Source of the DNA: Pirellulales bacterium
Lineage (GTDB): Bacteria > Planctomycetota > Planctomycetia > Pirellulales > PALSA-1355
Assembly: GCA_963733035.1 (NCBI GenBank)
Contig: CAVTBU010000004.1
Span: 32,001 to 96,000 of the forward strand
Length of the DNA stretch: 64,000 nucleotides
Reading direction: 5' to 3'
The notes under the pieces: model-generated
The model's database searches: none
What the model saw: the letters and a program-made list of their open reading frames with translations, nothing else
What the model was told of the DNA's origin: nothing
Made by a program: the position numbers and the translations under genes
Shown here: positions 17,559 through 28,536 of the stretch, one piece after another
Layout: every line of letters begins with the position of its first letter
Position numbering within the stretch: position 1 is the stretch's first letter

Positions 17559-19208
17559 ATGGACGACACCGCTTTCACCGGCACGCTGCCGACGCTGGCA
17601 ATTGAGCCCCCATGGAACTGGGACAAGGTGCTTGCAGGGCCGGCCCGAGAATTGTTGACGAAGGCCATGGCCGAGGCGATTGCTACGCGGCGATGGTTCG
17701 GTTCCAAGGCCAGGACCGTTCGCTCGCTTGAAATCCTCGATGCGCTCGCTCTGGACCAACGCATTCGCGCGCTGATCGTTCAAGTGCACTTCGCCTCCGG
17801 CCCGGAAGAAGTCTACCAGATCCCCCTGACCTTTTTACCCGCGGGTGGAGAGGCGCCGACATCGGGCGATATGCTCTGGATCCAGGTTCGATCGTCGTCC
17901 GGCGAACTGCTCGGAGGGTTCGTCGATGCGCTCGGAGATCAACAGTTCCTCAAGCTTTTGTTGGAACTATTCGACCAACCCGGCGTACGAGCAGGAACAA
18001 ACGGCAAGGTGCTGATTCAGCGATCCGCGGCATTTTCCGAGGCTCGGGGTGACGCGAAGCAAATTCTCGCGCCCAGGTTGGTGCAGGCGGAACAAAGCAA
18101 CAGTTCCGTGATCTATGGCGATCGCCTCATCATGAAGATCTTCCGTCGCATCGAAATGGGACTGAATCCGGATGTTGAAATCAGCAATTTCCTGACTCGG
18201 CAACACTTCGCAAATACGCCGCCACTGGCGGGATCCGTTGACTATCGGCAAGATGGCGAGCCTTGGGCGCTGGCGATGCTGCAGGCGTATGTGCCGAACT
18301 TAGGCGACGCCTGGAAGTTCACACTCGACTGGCTCAGTGCATCCTTACCCTCGTTCGGTGCGGGCGGCCTTGGCAACGACATACCGGCTTCGCCAGATAC
18401 GAATCTTCTTACCGCGGCTCAGGAAGTCGTGGCCGAGCCCGCCAAATCTGCGTTTGGCAACTATCTAACGCGATTGGACCTGCTCGGTCGGCGGACGGCG
18501 GAAATGCATCTCAAGCTCGCTTCCGACTCCCAAGATGCGAACTTCGCCCCCGAACCGTTTACCGAGATTGATCGGCAGCAGTTTTGCCGACGTGCCAGCG
18601 AACAAGCGGGCAAGACGTTCGCCCTGCTACGCGAGCGAGCTGGCAACATGCCAAGCGATCTCAAGCAACAAGCCGAACGTGTGGCATCACTTGAACCGTT
18701 ATCACTAGCACATTTTGCGCGGCTGGCGACCGAGGCGGTCGAGGTTGACAAGATGCGCATCCACGGTGACTACCATCTCGGCCAAATACTTACCACAACG
18801 GATGACTTTGCCATTATCGATTTCGAGGGGGAGCCGATTCGAAGCATTTCAGAGCGCCGCCAGAAACAACCTGCACTGCGCGACGTAGCAGGGATGATCC
18901 GCTCGTTGCACTATGCCAGTTGTGCGGCAGCCAGCGAGGCGCGACCGGCCGCATCGCGCGCTGAATGCGCGGAGGCCTGGATGCGCGCCTGGTATGAATG
19001 GAGCAGCGTCGCGTTTCTCGCCGCCTATCGTCGAAAAGCCGGTGCCGCCCGTTTCCTACCTGCATCCGATGATGCATTTCTGCTCTTGCTGGAGAGCTGC
19101 CTGCTCGACAAGGCAATTTATGAATTGCGATATGAACTCAATAATCGGCCGGACTGGGTCTATCTGCCGATCGCGGCACTTGTAGACTTGCTGCGGAAGC
19201 CTGAATGA
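17559..19208 (+). CDS. Maltokinase (Pep2/Mak type)
   Basis: RRWFGSK, AEQSNSS, LGRRTAEMH, RIHGDYHLGQ, IIDFEGEP, RDVAGMIRS, YELRYELNNRPDW; follows glgE. Confidence 0.9.
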   Translation: MDDTAFTGTLPTLAIEPPWNWDKVLAGPARELLTKAMAEAIATRRWFGSKARTVRSLEILDALALDQRIRALIVQVHFASGPEEVYQIPLTFLPAGGEAPTSGDMLWIQVRSSSGELLGGFVDALGDQQFLKLLLELFDQPGVRAGTNGKVLIQRSAAFSEARGDAKQILAPRLVQAEQSNSSVIYGDRLIMKIFRRIEMGLNPDVEISNFLTRQHFANTPPLAGSVDYRQDGEPWALAMLQAYVPNLGDAWKFTLDWLSASLPSFGAGGLGNDIPASPDTNLLTAAQEVVAEPAKSAFGNYLTRLDLLGRRTAEMHLKLASDSQDANFAPEPFTEIDRQQFCRRASEQAGKTFALLRERAGNMPSDLKQQAERVASLEPLSLAHFARLATEAVEVDKMRIHGDYHLGQILTTTDDFAIIDFEGEPIRSISERRQKQPALRDVAGMIRSLHYASCAAASEARPAASRAECAEAWMRAWYEWSSVAFLAAYRRKAGAARFLPASDDAFLLLLESCLLDKAIYELRYELNNRPDWVYLPIAALVDLLRKPE

Positions 19209-19220
19209 GTTGCTGGGGGT

Positions 19221-22200
19221 CTATTCGAGGCGCATCAGCAGGTCGTTTGTGTCCACTTGCGTGCCGGGGGTTACCAACATCTCAACGACTTTTCCGGCTC
19301 GTTCGGCATAGAGCGTGGTTTCCATCTTCATCGCTTCCAGCGTCATCAACTTTGCACCCGAGTCCACCTTGTCACCCAGCTTGACCGACACGGTTACGAC
19401 AAGGCCCGGCATTGGAGCGCCGACCTCTGACGGGTTGCTGCGGTCGGCCTTCGGTCGATTCTTCTCCTCCGGCTCTAGCGACAAGTCCTGCACGTTAATG
19501 CTGCGCGGCTGGCCATTCAAATCGAAGAATACGGTCCGCCGCCCGTCGGGATGTGGATCTCCTACGGTCAGGTATTTGACAATCAGTGTCTTGCCTGTCT
19601 CGATTTCGACGGCCACTTCCTGGCCCGGCTCCTGTCCGTAGAAGAAGACATCGGTCGGCAACACACTGACATCGGCATACTTCTGCTGATGCTCGACAAA
19701 ATCCGTAAACACTTTCGGGTAGATTGAGTACGAGAGTACCTCCTGCTGGTTCGGCTCGCGACCGAGCATTTGCGTAAGCTCTGTGGCGACGGCCTTAAAG
19801 TCTGCTGGGGGCAAACTTGCACCCGGCCGATCGGTGAGCGGTTCCTGTCCCCGCAGAATTCGAGCTTGCACGTCCTGGGGAAATCCACCCGGCGGTTGTC
19901 CCATCCGTCCCGCCATCAGATCCACCACCGATTCAGGAAACGACAGCTCGCGGCTTGGGTCGAGCACGTCATCACACGTGAGATTGTTTGTAATAAGAAA
20001 CAACGCCATATCTCCGACTGCCTTCGACGATGGCGTCACTTTCACGATATCGCCGAACAACTGATTGACGTCGGCATACATCCGGCAGATTGCGGGCCAG
20101 TGCGAAGCCAAGCCCAGCGACGTCGCTTGCTGGTACATATTCGTGTACTGGCCCCCGGGGATCTCGTTAAGATACACGTCCGTCGTACTAGCCATCATGC
20201 CCGTTTCGAACGGCACGTAGAACTCACGCACAGCTTGCCAATAACGATTGATATCTTGCGTGCTCTCAAAGTCCAGCTCGGAGTCGCGGGGAAGAAACCG
20301 CAGGGCCTCGACGACGGCATTCAGACTGGGTTGCGAAGTAAGCCCCGACAGCGATGCCATCGCACCATCGGCAATGTCGACGCCCGCTTCGGCCGCCTTG
20401 AGAATCGCACCCGTCTGCATTCCACTTGTATCGTGCGTGTGAAAATGGATTGGAATGCCGATTTCCTGTTTCAATGCGCTTACCAACTTCTCGGCCGCGT
20501 ATGGCTTGCAGAGACCGGCCATGTCCTTAATGGCCAGGATGTGTGCCCCCATCTTTTCAAGCTGCTTCGCCATTTCGACGTAGTACTTGAGGTTGTACTT
20601 CGTCTTTTGCCCATTGAGGATGTCACCCGTGTAGCAGATGGCCGCCTCGCACAGCATTCCGCTTTCGAGGGCCGCATCCATGGCGACTTTCATATTGGGC
20701 ACCCAATTGAGCGAATCAAAGACGCGGAACAGGTCCATGCCCGCCGCCGCCGACTCCTTTACGAACTCCTGGACCAAGTTGTCTGGATAGTTCGAATAGC
20801 CCAGTGCGTTCGAGGCCCGCAGTAGCATTTGAAACAGGATGTTCGGAATACGTTCTCGGAGGTCCGCCAGCCGCTGCCAGGGGCACTCCCGCAGGAAACG
20901 CATGGCCGTGTCGAAAGTCGCCCCTCCCCACATTTCGATCGAAAAGAGTTCCGAACAGGTGCGGGCATACGTCTCAGCAATTTCCAGCATGTCATAGGTT
21001 CGCAGCCTGGTGGCGAGCAACGATTGATGTGCGTCGCGAAACGTCGTGTCGGTCAGCAACAGACGCTTTTGCTCCAGGATCCACTTGCTGAACTTTTCCG
21101 GACCAAGCTCTTGAAACTTCTGACGTGTGCCCGCCGGTACGGGACGTTCATGGTCCAGCGTGGGTACTGGAGCCGGTTCGCGGCGAATTCTCTCCGGACG
21201 TCTCTTCACCAAAGGATGCCCGTTGACGATGATTTCGCCCAGATAGGCGAACAGCTTAGTGGCGCGATCCTTTCGCGGCGCCAAGTCCAACAATTCCGGC
21301 GTGTCATCAATGAATTTCGTCGTGAAGCCGCCTTCGATGAATTTGGGATGCGTCACCAAATTGATCAGGAACGGAATGTTCGTCTTCACGCCGCGGATAC
21401 GAAACTCCGAGAGTCCCCGTTCCATTCGACGCGCCGCATCGGAGAAGCGAGGCCCCCAAGCGGTAACTTTCACGAGCAGTGAATCGTAGAACGGCGTTAC
21501 GGTGGCACCGCTAAACGCCGTGCCCGCATCGAGTCGCATGCCCATACCACCAGCCGATCGATAGTGCGCAATGCGGCCATAGTCGGGCAGAAATCGATTT
21601 TCGGGATCCTCCGTCGTGACGCGGCATTGCAATGCATAACCGTAAGTACGCACATCCTGCTGTGAAGTCAGACCCACGTCCGGATCAGAAAGCGTACGAC
21701 CCTCGGCCAGCAGTATCTGGCACTTCACGATATCGACACCCGTGACAGCTTCTGTAACCGTATGCTCGACCTGTATTCGAGGGTTAACCTCGATGAAATA
21801 CTGTTTTCCCGTATCGGCATCGACCAGAAACTCGACAGTACCCGCGTTCTGATAGCCGGCCGCTCGACCGATCCGCAGCGCTGCTTCGCAGATGGCCTCG
21901 CGCAATTGGGGATCAAGATTAATCGCCGGCGCGATCTCTACCACCTTTTGATAGCGGCGCTGCACGGAGCAGTCACGTTCAAATAAGTGCACGAGGTTGC
22001 CGTGTTGGTCGCCCAAAAGCTGAACCTCGATGTGCCGCGGACGTTGAATATACTTCTCCAGAAACACGTCGGAACTGCCGAAAGCCGCCATCGACTCGCG
22101 TTGTGCTTGTTCCAGTTGACTAGTCAACTCGCCGGGCTCGTTTACTACGCGCATACCGCGACCACCGCCTCCTTTGGCCGCCTTGAGCAACACCGGGAAG

Positions 22201-22667
22201 CCAAGCTTTTCTGCCAGTTTCAGCGCGGCCTTGGGCTCGGTGAGCGGTTCGCTACTGCCCGACAAAATCGGCACCTTGGCCTTGGCAGCAAGTGCCCTGG
22301 CGGCAATTTTGTCCCCGAGCATTTCCAGTATTTCCGGTGTCGGGCCGCAGAAGATGATGCCTGCCTCCTGACACGCCTTCGCCAAATCCGGATTCTCGGA
22401 CAGAAATCCATACCCAGGGTGAATGGCATCGACTTCGTATTGCTTGGCAAGGTCCAGAATTCCGGCGATGTCAAGATAGGCCCGGATCGGTTCCCCTTGC
22501 TTGCCCACCTGGTAGGCTTCGTCAGCTTTGAAGCGGTGCAGTGCGTAACGGTCCTCGTGCGAGTAGATCGCGACGGTACGGATTCCAAGTTCGTGGGCCG
22601 TGCGAAAGACCCGAATGGCGATTTCGCTACGATTGGCGACCAGGATTTTGCGGATCGATTTCGACAT
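19221..22667 (-). CDS. pyc: Pyruvate carboxylase
   Basis: ANRSEIAIR, GGGGRGMR, FIEVNPRIQVEH (BC); TDTTFRDAHQSL, IKDMAG, HTHDT (CT); EAMKME biotin motif; 1148 aa. Confidence 0.98.
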   Translation of the reverse strand: MSKSIRKILVANRSEIAIRVFRTAHELGIRTVAIYSHEDRYALHRFKADEAYQVGKQGEPIRAYLDIAGILDLAKQYEVDAIHPGYGFLSENPDLAKACQEAGIIFCGPTPEILEMLGDKIAARALAAKAKVPILSGSSEPLTEPKAALKLAEKLGFPVLLKAAKGGGGRGMRVVNEPGELTSQLEQAQRESMAAFGSSDVFLEKYIQRPRHIEVQLLGDQHGNLVHLFERDCSVQRRYQKVVEIAPAINLDPQLREAICEAALRIGRAAGYQNAGTVEFLVDADTGKQYFIEVNPRIQVEHTVTEAVTGVDIVKCQILLAEGRTLSDPDVGLTSQQDVRTYGYALQCRVTTEDPENRFLPDYGRIAHYRSAGGMGMRLDAGTAFSGATVTPFYDSLLVKVTAWGPRFSDAARRMERGLSEFRIRGVKTNIPFLINLVTHPKFIEGGFTTKFIDDTPELLDLAPRKDRATKLFAYLGEIIVNGHPLVKRRPERIRREPAPVPTLDHERPVPAGTRQKFQELGPEKFSKWILEQKRLLLTDTTFRDAHQSLLATRLRTYDMLEIAETYARTCSELFSIEMWGGATFDTAMRFLRECPWQRLADLRERIPNILFQMLLRASNALGYSNYPDNLVQEFVKESAAAGMDLFRVFDSLNWVPNMKVAMDAALESGMLCEAAICYTGDILNGQKTKYNLKYYVEMAKQLEKMGAHILAIKDMAGLCKPYAAEKLVSALKQEIGIPIHFHTHDTSGMQTGAILKAAEAGVDIADGAMASLSGLTSQPSLNAVVEALRFLPRDSELDFESTQDINRYWQAVREFYVPFETGMMASTTDVYLNEIPGGQYTNMYQQATSLGLASHWPAICRMYADVNQLFGDIVKVTPSSKAVGDMALFLITNNLTCDDVLDPSRELSFPESVVDLMAGRMGQPPGGFPQDVQARILRGQEPLTDRPGASLPPADFKAVATELTQMLGREPNQQEVLSYSIYPKVFTDFVEHQQKYADVSVLPTDVFFYGQEPGQEVAVEIETGKTLIVKYLTVGDPHPDGRRTVFFDLNGQPRSINVQDLSLEPEEKNRPKADRSNPSEVGAPMPGLVVTVSVKLGDKVDSGAKLMTLEAMKMETTLYAERAGKVVEMLVTPGTQVDTNDLLMRLE

Positions 22668-22906
22668 GGGAAGCTTGCGTCAACTCGCGTTTGAGAGCTC
22701 GCGGCGGGCTAGGAACTCGGTCAAAATGTAACAGCGCCCGGGGGCGAACGACTAGGGGCAAAGTCGACTCGACAACCCACGTATGCCAAGCTTAAGGTAG
22801 AGCTTACCGCACGATGCCGCGCGAGCGGACTCGGGATTGCGCGGTGGCCGTCGAGCAGCATTCGAAATGGTCCACAGACCGCAATCGTGAAGAGAGCCTA
22901 TTTCCT

Positions 22907-24493
22907 ATGAATCCACGCACGCTGTCGGATTTGCTTGCCGGTTTTGCCTTGGCGCAGGCGATCCTGACTTCATACGCCGCTGCGATCGAAGCCGACGCAC
23001 GAGCCGCGGCCCTCGAGTCGATCACCAAGGATGAGGTCAAGCATCATGTAGACGTCTTGGCCGACGACACGTTCGAAGGTCGTGAGGCCGGTAGCCGGGG
23101 AAACCGCGCGGCTGGTCTTTACATTATTGAGGACCTCAAAAAGTACGGAATCCCCGGGGGTGCCGGCGACGGCAAGTTCTATCAGACGGGCCCCCAGTCG
23201 AACAGCATTCTGGCGATCGCCGAGGGGCGTGATCCGGAGTTGAAGAACGAAGTCATTCTCGTTGGCGCACATTATGATCACGTCGGCTATGGCACGCTGC
23301 GCAACAGCCACGGGCCGATTGGCTACATTCACAACGGGGCGGACGACAACGCCAGCGGCGTGGCCGCACTGCTCGAAGTCGCCCAAGCCGTGAGCCGGTT
23401 GCCCGAACGTCCTAAGCGAACGATCTTGTTTGCCTTCTGGGATGGCGAAGAGAAGGGCCTTTGGGGATCCAAATACTGGATCGAACATCCTACGATTCCG
23501 CTTGACCATTTGCGCGTGGCAATCAACGTCGACATGGTGGGACGGCTTCGCAACTCAAAGGTCACGGTTTATGGAGCCCGCACCGCCCCGGGCTTTCGGC
23601 GGCTTGTCAGTCGGCAAAATGCCCCTGCCCTGCTCCTCGACTTCGACTGGGACGTCCGTGGCGATAGCGATCACTACTCGTTTTTCAACCGCAACATCCC
23701 GTTCATCATGCTGCACACGGGTTTGCATGACGACTATCACCGTCCCAGCGACGATGTCGAAAAGATCAACAACGAGGGGCTCAAAGAGATCACTCGCTTG
23801 ATATTTGGCATCGTCGTTGAGCTGGCCGACGCACCCCAGCTGGGTAGTTTTCGTAGCCAGTCGCGGTCGGAGTCGAACTTCGTTCGCCGCGGTGTGGAGG
23901 TGTCGCTGTCTTCGCCGCCAGGACGGTTGGGCGTGCGCTGGGATGAGGCGCAAGCCCGCAATGGCTTGATCGTCGTGCGTGCGGTGACCCCCGACTCGGC
24001 CGCGGATCGCGCCGGTATTCGCCCGGGCGATCGCATCATCTCGTTCGACAAGCACGAGGTTCACGATGCCCGGCAGTTTCGCATGGGTGTGCTGGCTGCC
24101 GAAAGTCCGGCACCAGTCAGCGTGGCTCGCGAAGGCGAGGAGGAGCCACTCGAGTTGAGCATCCAGCTGCCCGGCTCGCCGGTACGCCTGGGCATCGCTT
24201 GGCGGGTGGATCAAGCCGAGCCGGCCTGCGTCATCGTCAACCGGCTTACCCCCGGTTCGCCGGCCGATATGGCGGGTCTGCGGCCCGGCGATCGGATCCA
24301 CCGGATCTGCGGCCGCGATTTCAGCGGCAGCGACGAGTTCCGCGAGCTGGCCCACTCCCTTCCCAACCCGCTAGTTCTCGAAGTAGAAACCGGTGGCCGC
24401 GTGCGGGCCGTGACGATTCCGAGCTTTGAGCAGGCATCGCAAGCGAACTCGCCGGCCGAAGACGGCAACGCATCTTCGGCCGACGAATCCTGA
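22907..24493 (+). CDS. M28 family metallopeptidase with two PDZ domains
   Basis: GAHYDH, GADDNASG, GEEKGLWGS, SDHYSF, YHRPSDD; two GIRPGDRI/GLRPGDRI PDZ signatures. Confidence 0.9.
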   Translation: MNPRTLSDLLAGFALAQAILTSYAAAIEADARAAALESITKDEVKHHVDVLADDTFEGREAGSRGNRAAGLYIIEDLKKYGIPGGAGDGKFYQTGPQSNSILAIAEGRDPELKNEVILVGAHYDHVGYGTLRNSHGPIGYIHNGADDNASGVAALLEVAQAVSRLPERPKRTILFAFWDGEEKGLWGSKYWIEHPTIPLDHLRVAINVDMVGRLRNSKVTVYGARTAPGFRRLVSRQNAPALLLDFDWDVRGDSDHYSFFNRNIPFIMLHTGLHDDYHRPSDDVEKINNEGLKEITRLIFGIVVELADAPQLGSFRSQSRSESNFVRRGVEVSLSSPPGRLGVRWDEAQARNGLIVVRAVTPDSAADRAGIRPGDRIISFDKHEVHDARQFRMGVLAAESPAPVSVAREGEEEPLELSIQLPGSPVRLGIAWRVDQAEPACVIVNRLTPGSPADMAGLRPGDRIHRICGRDFSGSDEFRELAHSLPNPLVLEVETGGRVRAVTIPSFEQASQANSPAEDGNASSADES

Positions 24494-24511
24494 TCGCGCG
24501 TCGTTTCCGGC

Positions 24512-25222
24512 TTAACGCGTTCGCGGCGGGGCCGTTTTGCGAATCGCTCCAGTCGTGGCGCCGGGCTTGGCAATGTCGATTAGCTCTAACTCGAACACCA
24601 GCGTCGTGTTGGGCGGAATGGCCGGCGGTGAACCCTCGGCACCGTAGGCCAATTCCGGCGGAATGAACACCAAGAACTTCGAACCGGTCGGCATCAACTG
24701 CAACGCCTCTTGCCAACCGGGAATGACCTCCTTGATCGGCGTGGCGAACGGCTTTTCGCCGTTGTTTTCGAACTCGGTGCCATCGATGAACATGGCCTTG
24801 TAGTTCACCTGCACCATGTCATCAGCCTTGGGACGCGGTCCCTTACCGGCTCGCAGCACTTTGTATTGCAGGCCGCTCTTGGTGGTTTGCACGCCCGGCC
24901 GCCGCTGGTTGTCGACCAGGAATTGCTTGCTCTTGCCAGCCTGTTGGGCAATCATCTGCTGCTCGAACTGCTGCATGGCCTGCATGGCCTCTTCCTCGGT
25001 CAACACGGTCTTGCCGGCCGTGGCATCCCGAAGGCCCTGGATGAGCAGGTTGATGTCGATGTCGACGCCTTGCTTCTTGAGCGTGCTGCCCATGCTCATG
25101 CCGAAGCTATAGCTGGCCTTTTGACGCAGGTCTTTCAGACCACCCGCCTGCTGGGCTTGGGCCTGGTTGACAACGACGGCGGCCGCGACGGCCACCAGTA
25201 AAAGCAATCTTCGAAGGTTCAT
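24512..25222 (-). CDS. FKBP-type peptidyl-prolyl isomerase (FkpA/Mip-like)
   Basis: Signal peptide, ASYSFG, SGLQYKVL, VIPGWQEAL, IPPELAYG, IPPNTTLVFELEL. Confidence 0.93.
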   Translation of the reverse strand: MNLRRLLLLVAVAAAVVVNQAQAQQAGGLKDLRQKASYSFGMSMGSTLKKQGVDIDINLLIQGLRDATAGKTVLTEEEAMQAMQQFEQQMIAQQAGKSKQFLVDNQRRPGVQTTKSGLQYKVLRAGKGPRPKADDMVQVNYKAMFIDGTEFENNGEKPFATPIKEVIPGWQEALQLMPTGSKFLVFIPPELAYGAEGSPPAIPPNTTLVFELELIDIAKPGATTGAIRKTAPPRTR

Positions 25223-25808
25223 GCGAGGTCCTTTCCGGCACATATTTGGCTGGAGTCTGAGCGGGAACGCATGCCGGAGGCCACCTCCTGCAAGCGAGCC
25301 AGATAATAGCCAAAGGGCCCAATTCCACCTAGACCGCTTCACCAGCCTTCCACGCGCAACTCCGCTTCCGCACCGCGACCTATGCGCACCGCGCGGCACG
25401 CGGGCCGCTCCACATTGTGCGACGGTCGCTGGCCCGAATTCAATCGACGATTCGCGGCGCAAGTTTTTCGGTGTCCCATACACGTCCGGCATGCCACGTT
25501 TGGGCACCGCCTCGGTACCGGTTGGCCCAATTCGGATTTTCGAAGATTTTTGAGTGGCCCATTTTCGTGCGATTTGTTCGTGATTCTTTTTCTTTTCCAT
25601 GGGAGCCCGATAAATTGTCGACCAACTCAATGCCATATTTCGCAGTTTGCCCTGTTTGAACATCGACGCCTGGCCTCCCCTCGCCAGTCCAGAATCTGCC
25701 GACCGTAAGCTACCTGAACCGCTGGCCCGATTGAAAGCGCTGGATGGGCCCGGAGGTGCAAAACGCAAGCCGCAGCGGGAAAAATGCAGCGGTTCCGCAT
25801 GGCGACGT

Positions 25809-27797
25809 TCACCGACCCGCGCTGACGAAGATCCGATCGCCGGGGAACACCTGGTAGTTTTCGGACGTGGCGCCGGAGGTGATTTCTTTCCAGTCGACTG
25901 GCAGGATCAGGTCGCGGCCTTCGGCTCCCGGCGAGGGACGCGCAATCCAGATCCGTTTGTTCGACAGGTTGCTCAAGCTGTTTGTCTCGGCCAGCGCGTC
26001 GAGCACGGTTTCGTTGCCGGTGATGGGGAAGCGGCCCACGGTGTCGCCCAGGCCTTCCCCTTCGGTTACCACGTAGTAGACCCTGCTGTTGTAAGCGAAG
26101 ACGCTCAGGAAGACCTGCGGCTTGTCGAGAAACTCCGCCAGGTGACGTTCGATGGCGGCGCGGGCTTCGTCGAGTTTCAGACCGGCCACGTAAACGCGGC
26201 CGTAGGTTCCGAGGTTGACCGTGCCATCGGGGGCCACCAGGTGCTCGCCCGTGATCGGCTGCATGCCGGCCGACTGGTCGAGTTGCACCGAAACCTGCGG
26301 ATCTTTGACGACTTGCCGGAGGCTCTCTTCAACGGCGTGAGCGGCCCCCTCTTCGGTCAGGCCGGCAACCTGCACGCGCCCCGCCTCGCCATATGCGGGT
26401 CCCAAGTCGATGCGGCCCGAGGGGCGGACCGAGTATTCGTTGTGGTTGGGCCCGCTGCCAATGGGAGGTGTGGGAAATCCGCCCTGGAGTTGAATCGTCA
26501 GCGTGTCGGCCGATTGAATCTTGTACGGAGACTTGGGGACAACGCGAACCGCCTCAATAAACAGGATGTCCGGGGGCTCGATGGTGTACTCGGGCAGCCT
26601 AACCATGTTCTTTTCCGACGGCAGCGCCGCTTTTTCCACAGCGCTGAGCGGAGTGGCCGCGCCGGTCCAGTCGGGCCATTTATTGACGATGCCCGTCGGC
26701 GGAGCCGAAGGTTTGTCCAGCGCGGCGACGTTGTTTTTCTCGCTCGTCGCATACATCACCAGGAGCCACGCCAGCGAGGCCGCGGCAGCGCCGACGAGCG
26801 CGCACGTGAGCCCGTAAAACCGACCGTGAACACGCCGCGAAATTCCTAGCACGTTGCGGACCCGTTCGAGTAGCAGCATCTTCGAGCCTCCAATTCCGGC
26901 CGCCAGCATTGGCTCCCACACGGGGCCCTGCCGCGCGGCTAAAAAAGTCAGCGCTTCGACGTAAACCAGGCGATCTCCGGTCGCCCAAGCCGCCCACTGG
27001 TCGCAGCAGAGTTCTCGTTCGATTCGCATTCGCCGCGAACACCACCACACCACGGGATGGAAAAACAACACCGTTTCCACGACGCGCTGCAGGAGATTGA
27101 TCGGCAAGTCCCAGCGGCGCAAGTGCGCGAGCTCATGCGCTAACACCGCTTCGAGCATCTCGGGCTGTAATTCCCACACCCAGGCGGCAGGGAGCAGCAC
27201 CATCGGCTTGAGGACGCCGACGGCCAGGGCCTGCGAAATGCGCTCGGTAACGTAGACGGCCGGCCGCGTGCGAAACGCCATCCGTTTGACAAGTCGCTGG
27301 ACGACGTGTTGCAAGTCCTCCGGCAGCGGCCGGCGCCGGCGCGTGATACGCCAGACGCCAATCGCACCCAACGCGAGCCTGACAGCGAAAAACACGACGC
27401 CAACCAGCCAGGCGGCCACTAACCAAGACTGGCTACGAATCAGCCATGCGCGAAGTACCACGTCGACTCGTTGCGGCGGCTCTCCCGCTGCGTTTCCAGC
27501 TAGTGCGCTTTGTGGATCGCCCGCATAAGGGGAGACGGCAACTTGTACGTCTGAAATTCTGGTGCCCGACCGCGCTGACGCACCGGACAACGTGAGAAAC
27601 GTGGCCAGCGGGCACAACAGCAGAAGCAGCATCAGTCCGCATTGAATCGAGTAGCGAATCTGAGCACTTAAAGGAGTCAGAACGTGGAGGACGCTCCAGG
27701 CCAACGCGCCCAGCAGGGTCGCTTGCCAAAGGAAATGCACGATCGTGGACGCCAGGGCGTGAACCATCTGGTCGCCGAGCGGTAAGCTTGCAATCAT
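25809..27797 (-). CDS. BlaR1/M56 peptidase fused to polysaccharide export (Poly_export/SLBB) domains
   Basis: HFLWQ, AVLAHELAHLRRWD, FFHPVVWW, ERELCCD; C-terminal LPEYTIEPPDIL, VAPDGTVNLGTYGRVYVAGL, ITGNETVLDAL, NYQVFPGDRIFV. Confidence 0.85.
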   Translation of the reverse strand: MIASLPLGDQMVHALASTIVHFLWQATLLGALAWSVLHVLTPLSAQIRYSIQCGLMLLLLLCPLATFLTLSGASARSGTRISDVQVAVSPYAGDPQSALAGNAAGEPPQRVDVVLRAWLIRSQSWLVAAWLVGVVFFAVRLALGAIGVWRITRRRRPLPEDLQHVVQRLVKRMAFRTRPAVYVTERISQALAVGVLKPMVLLPAAWVWELQPEMLEAVLAHELAHLRRWDLPINLLQRVVETVLFFHPVVWWCSRRMRIERELCCDQWAAWATGDRLVYVEALTFLAARQGPVWEPMLAAGIGGSKMLLLERVRNVLGISRRVHGRFYGLTCALVGAAAASLAWLLVMYATSEKNNVAALDKPSAPPTGIVNKWPDWTGAATPLSAVEKAALPSEKNMVRLPEYTIEPPDILFIEAVRVVPKSPYKIQSADTLTIQLQGGFPTPPIGSGPNHNEYSVRPSGRIDLGPAYGEAGRVQVAGLTEEGAAHAVEESLRQVVKDPQVSVQLDQSAGMQPITGEHLVAPDGTVNLGTYGRVYVAGLKLDEARAAIERHLAEFLDKPQVFLSVFAYNSRVYYVVTEGEGLGDTVGRFPITGNETVLDALAETNSLSNLSNKRIWIARPSPGAEGRDLILPVDWKEITSGATSENYQVFPGDRIFVSAGR

Positions 27798-28192
27798 GAC
27801 TCTGACTCCTGCTGGATTGCGTAGTCAGCGATGGCGCGGCGGATTTCGGCAAGTTCCTCGCCAGTCGGGTTGGCTTCTTCCAACAGGTGAGCGACCAGCA
27901 GGCTCGCCGAGCCTTCGAAGGCGCGGCCTAGCAAGTCGCCCAGCATGCGGCGCATGGTTTTCTGGCGACCGGCTTTCGGCGAGTAGACAAACGCCCGGCC
28001 GCGCGGCTTGCGGGTAACCAGGCCTTTGTCGGTCATCACACTGAGCAGGCTCATGACCGACGTATAGGCGCGGGGCCGGCGGCTATTGAGGACCTGCATG
28101 ACCTCGCGAACCGAAAGCGGGTGCTGTCGCCACAAGACGTCCAGCACTTCCAGTTCGCCGGGCGTCGGATGTTCGTATTTGGGACGCGGCAT
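27794..28192 (-). CDS. BlaI/MecI/CopY family repressor
   Basis: PTPGELEVLDVLW...SVREV...AYTSVMSLL...KGLV...FEGSASLLVAHLL; ATGA overlap with the M56 gene. Confidence 0.93.
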   Translation of the reverse strand: MPRPKYEHPTPGELEVLDVLWRQHPLSVREVMQVLNSRRPRAYTSVMSLLSVMTDKGLVTRKPRGRAFVYSPKAGRQKTMRRMLGDLLGRAFEGSASLLVAHLLEEANPTGEELAEIRRAIADYAIQQESES

Positions 28193-28243
28193 GACGGCGG
28201 CCAACGAAGAAGCGGCGTTCAACGTTCACGCGTATCGCCGCCT

Positions 28244-28287
28244 AGTCTACTGTTTAATCCGTAGATGTCAACGGCAGAAACAGTAGA
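28244..28287 (-). promoter_or_regulatory. Promoter and probable BlaI operator
   Basis: Minus strand TTGACA-N16-TAGACT; TCTAC-N10-GTAGA palindrome (28246-28265); TCTACTGTTT/AAACAGTAGA inverted repeat (28246/28278). Confidence 0.65.
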
Positions 28288-28536
28288 TAGATTGTGGAAG
28301 CGAAGCGAGCCAGAGGGATGAACTGCAACGAGCTGTCGACCGAATTATGGCTGATTAAGCAACTCCGCGATGCAGCGACGTCGCGGTGAGAGGCAGGTAA
28401 ATTGCCGCGCGCTTCATCGCAGGGACCGGGGACGAGCCAGGCAGGCCCAAACCGCTGCGAAGCGGTTCGGCCGATGGCGGAATTGAGTGAGCTTGCCGGT
28501 AGGTTACGGCACCGCGGACCGTCGTCCCAGGCCAAA

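Noticed and set aside
24512..25768. 418-aa extended FKBP with a long N-terminus
   Set aside because: The signal peptide begins at 25222; the upstream extension looks like non-coding read-through.
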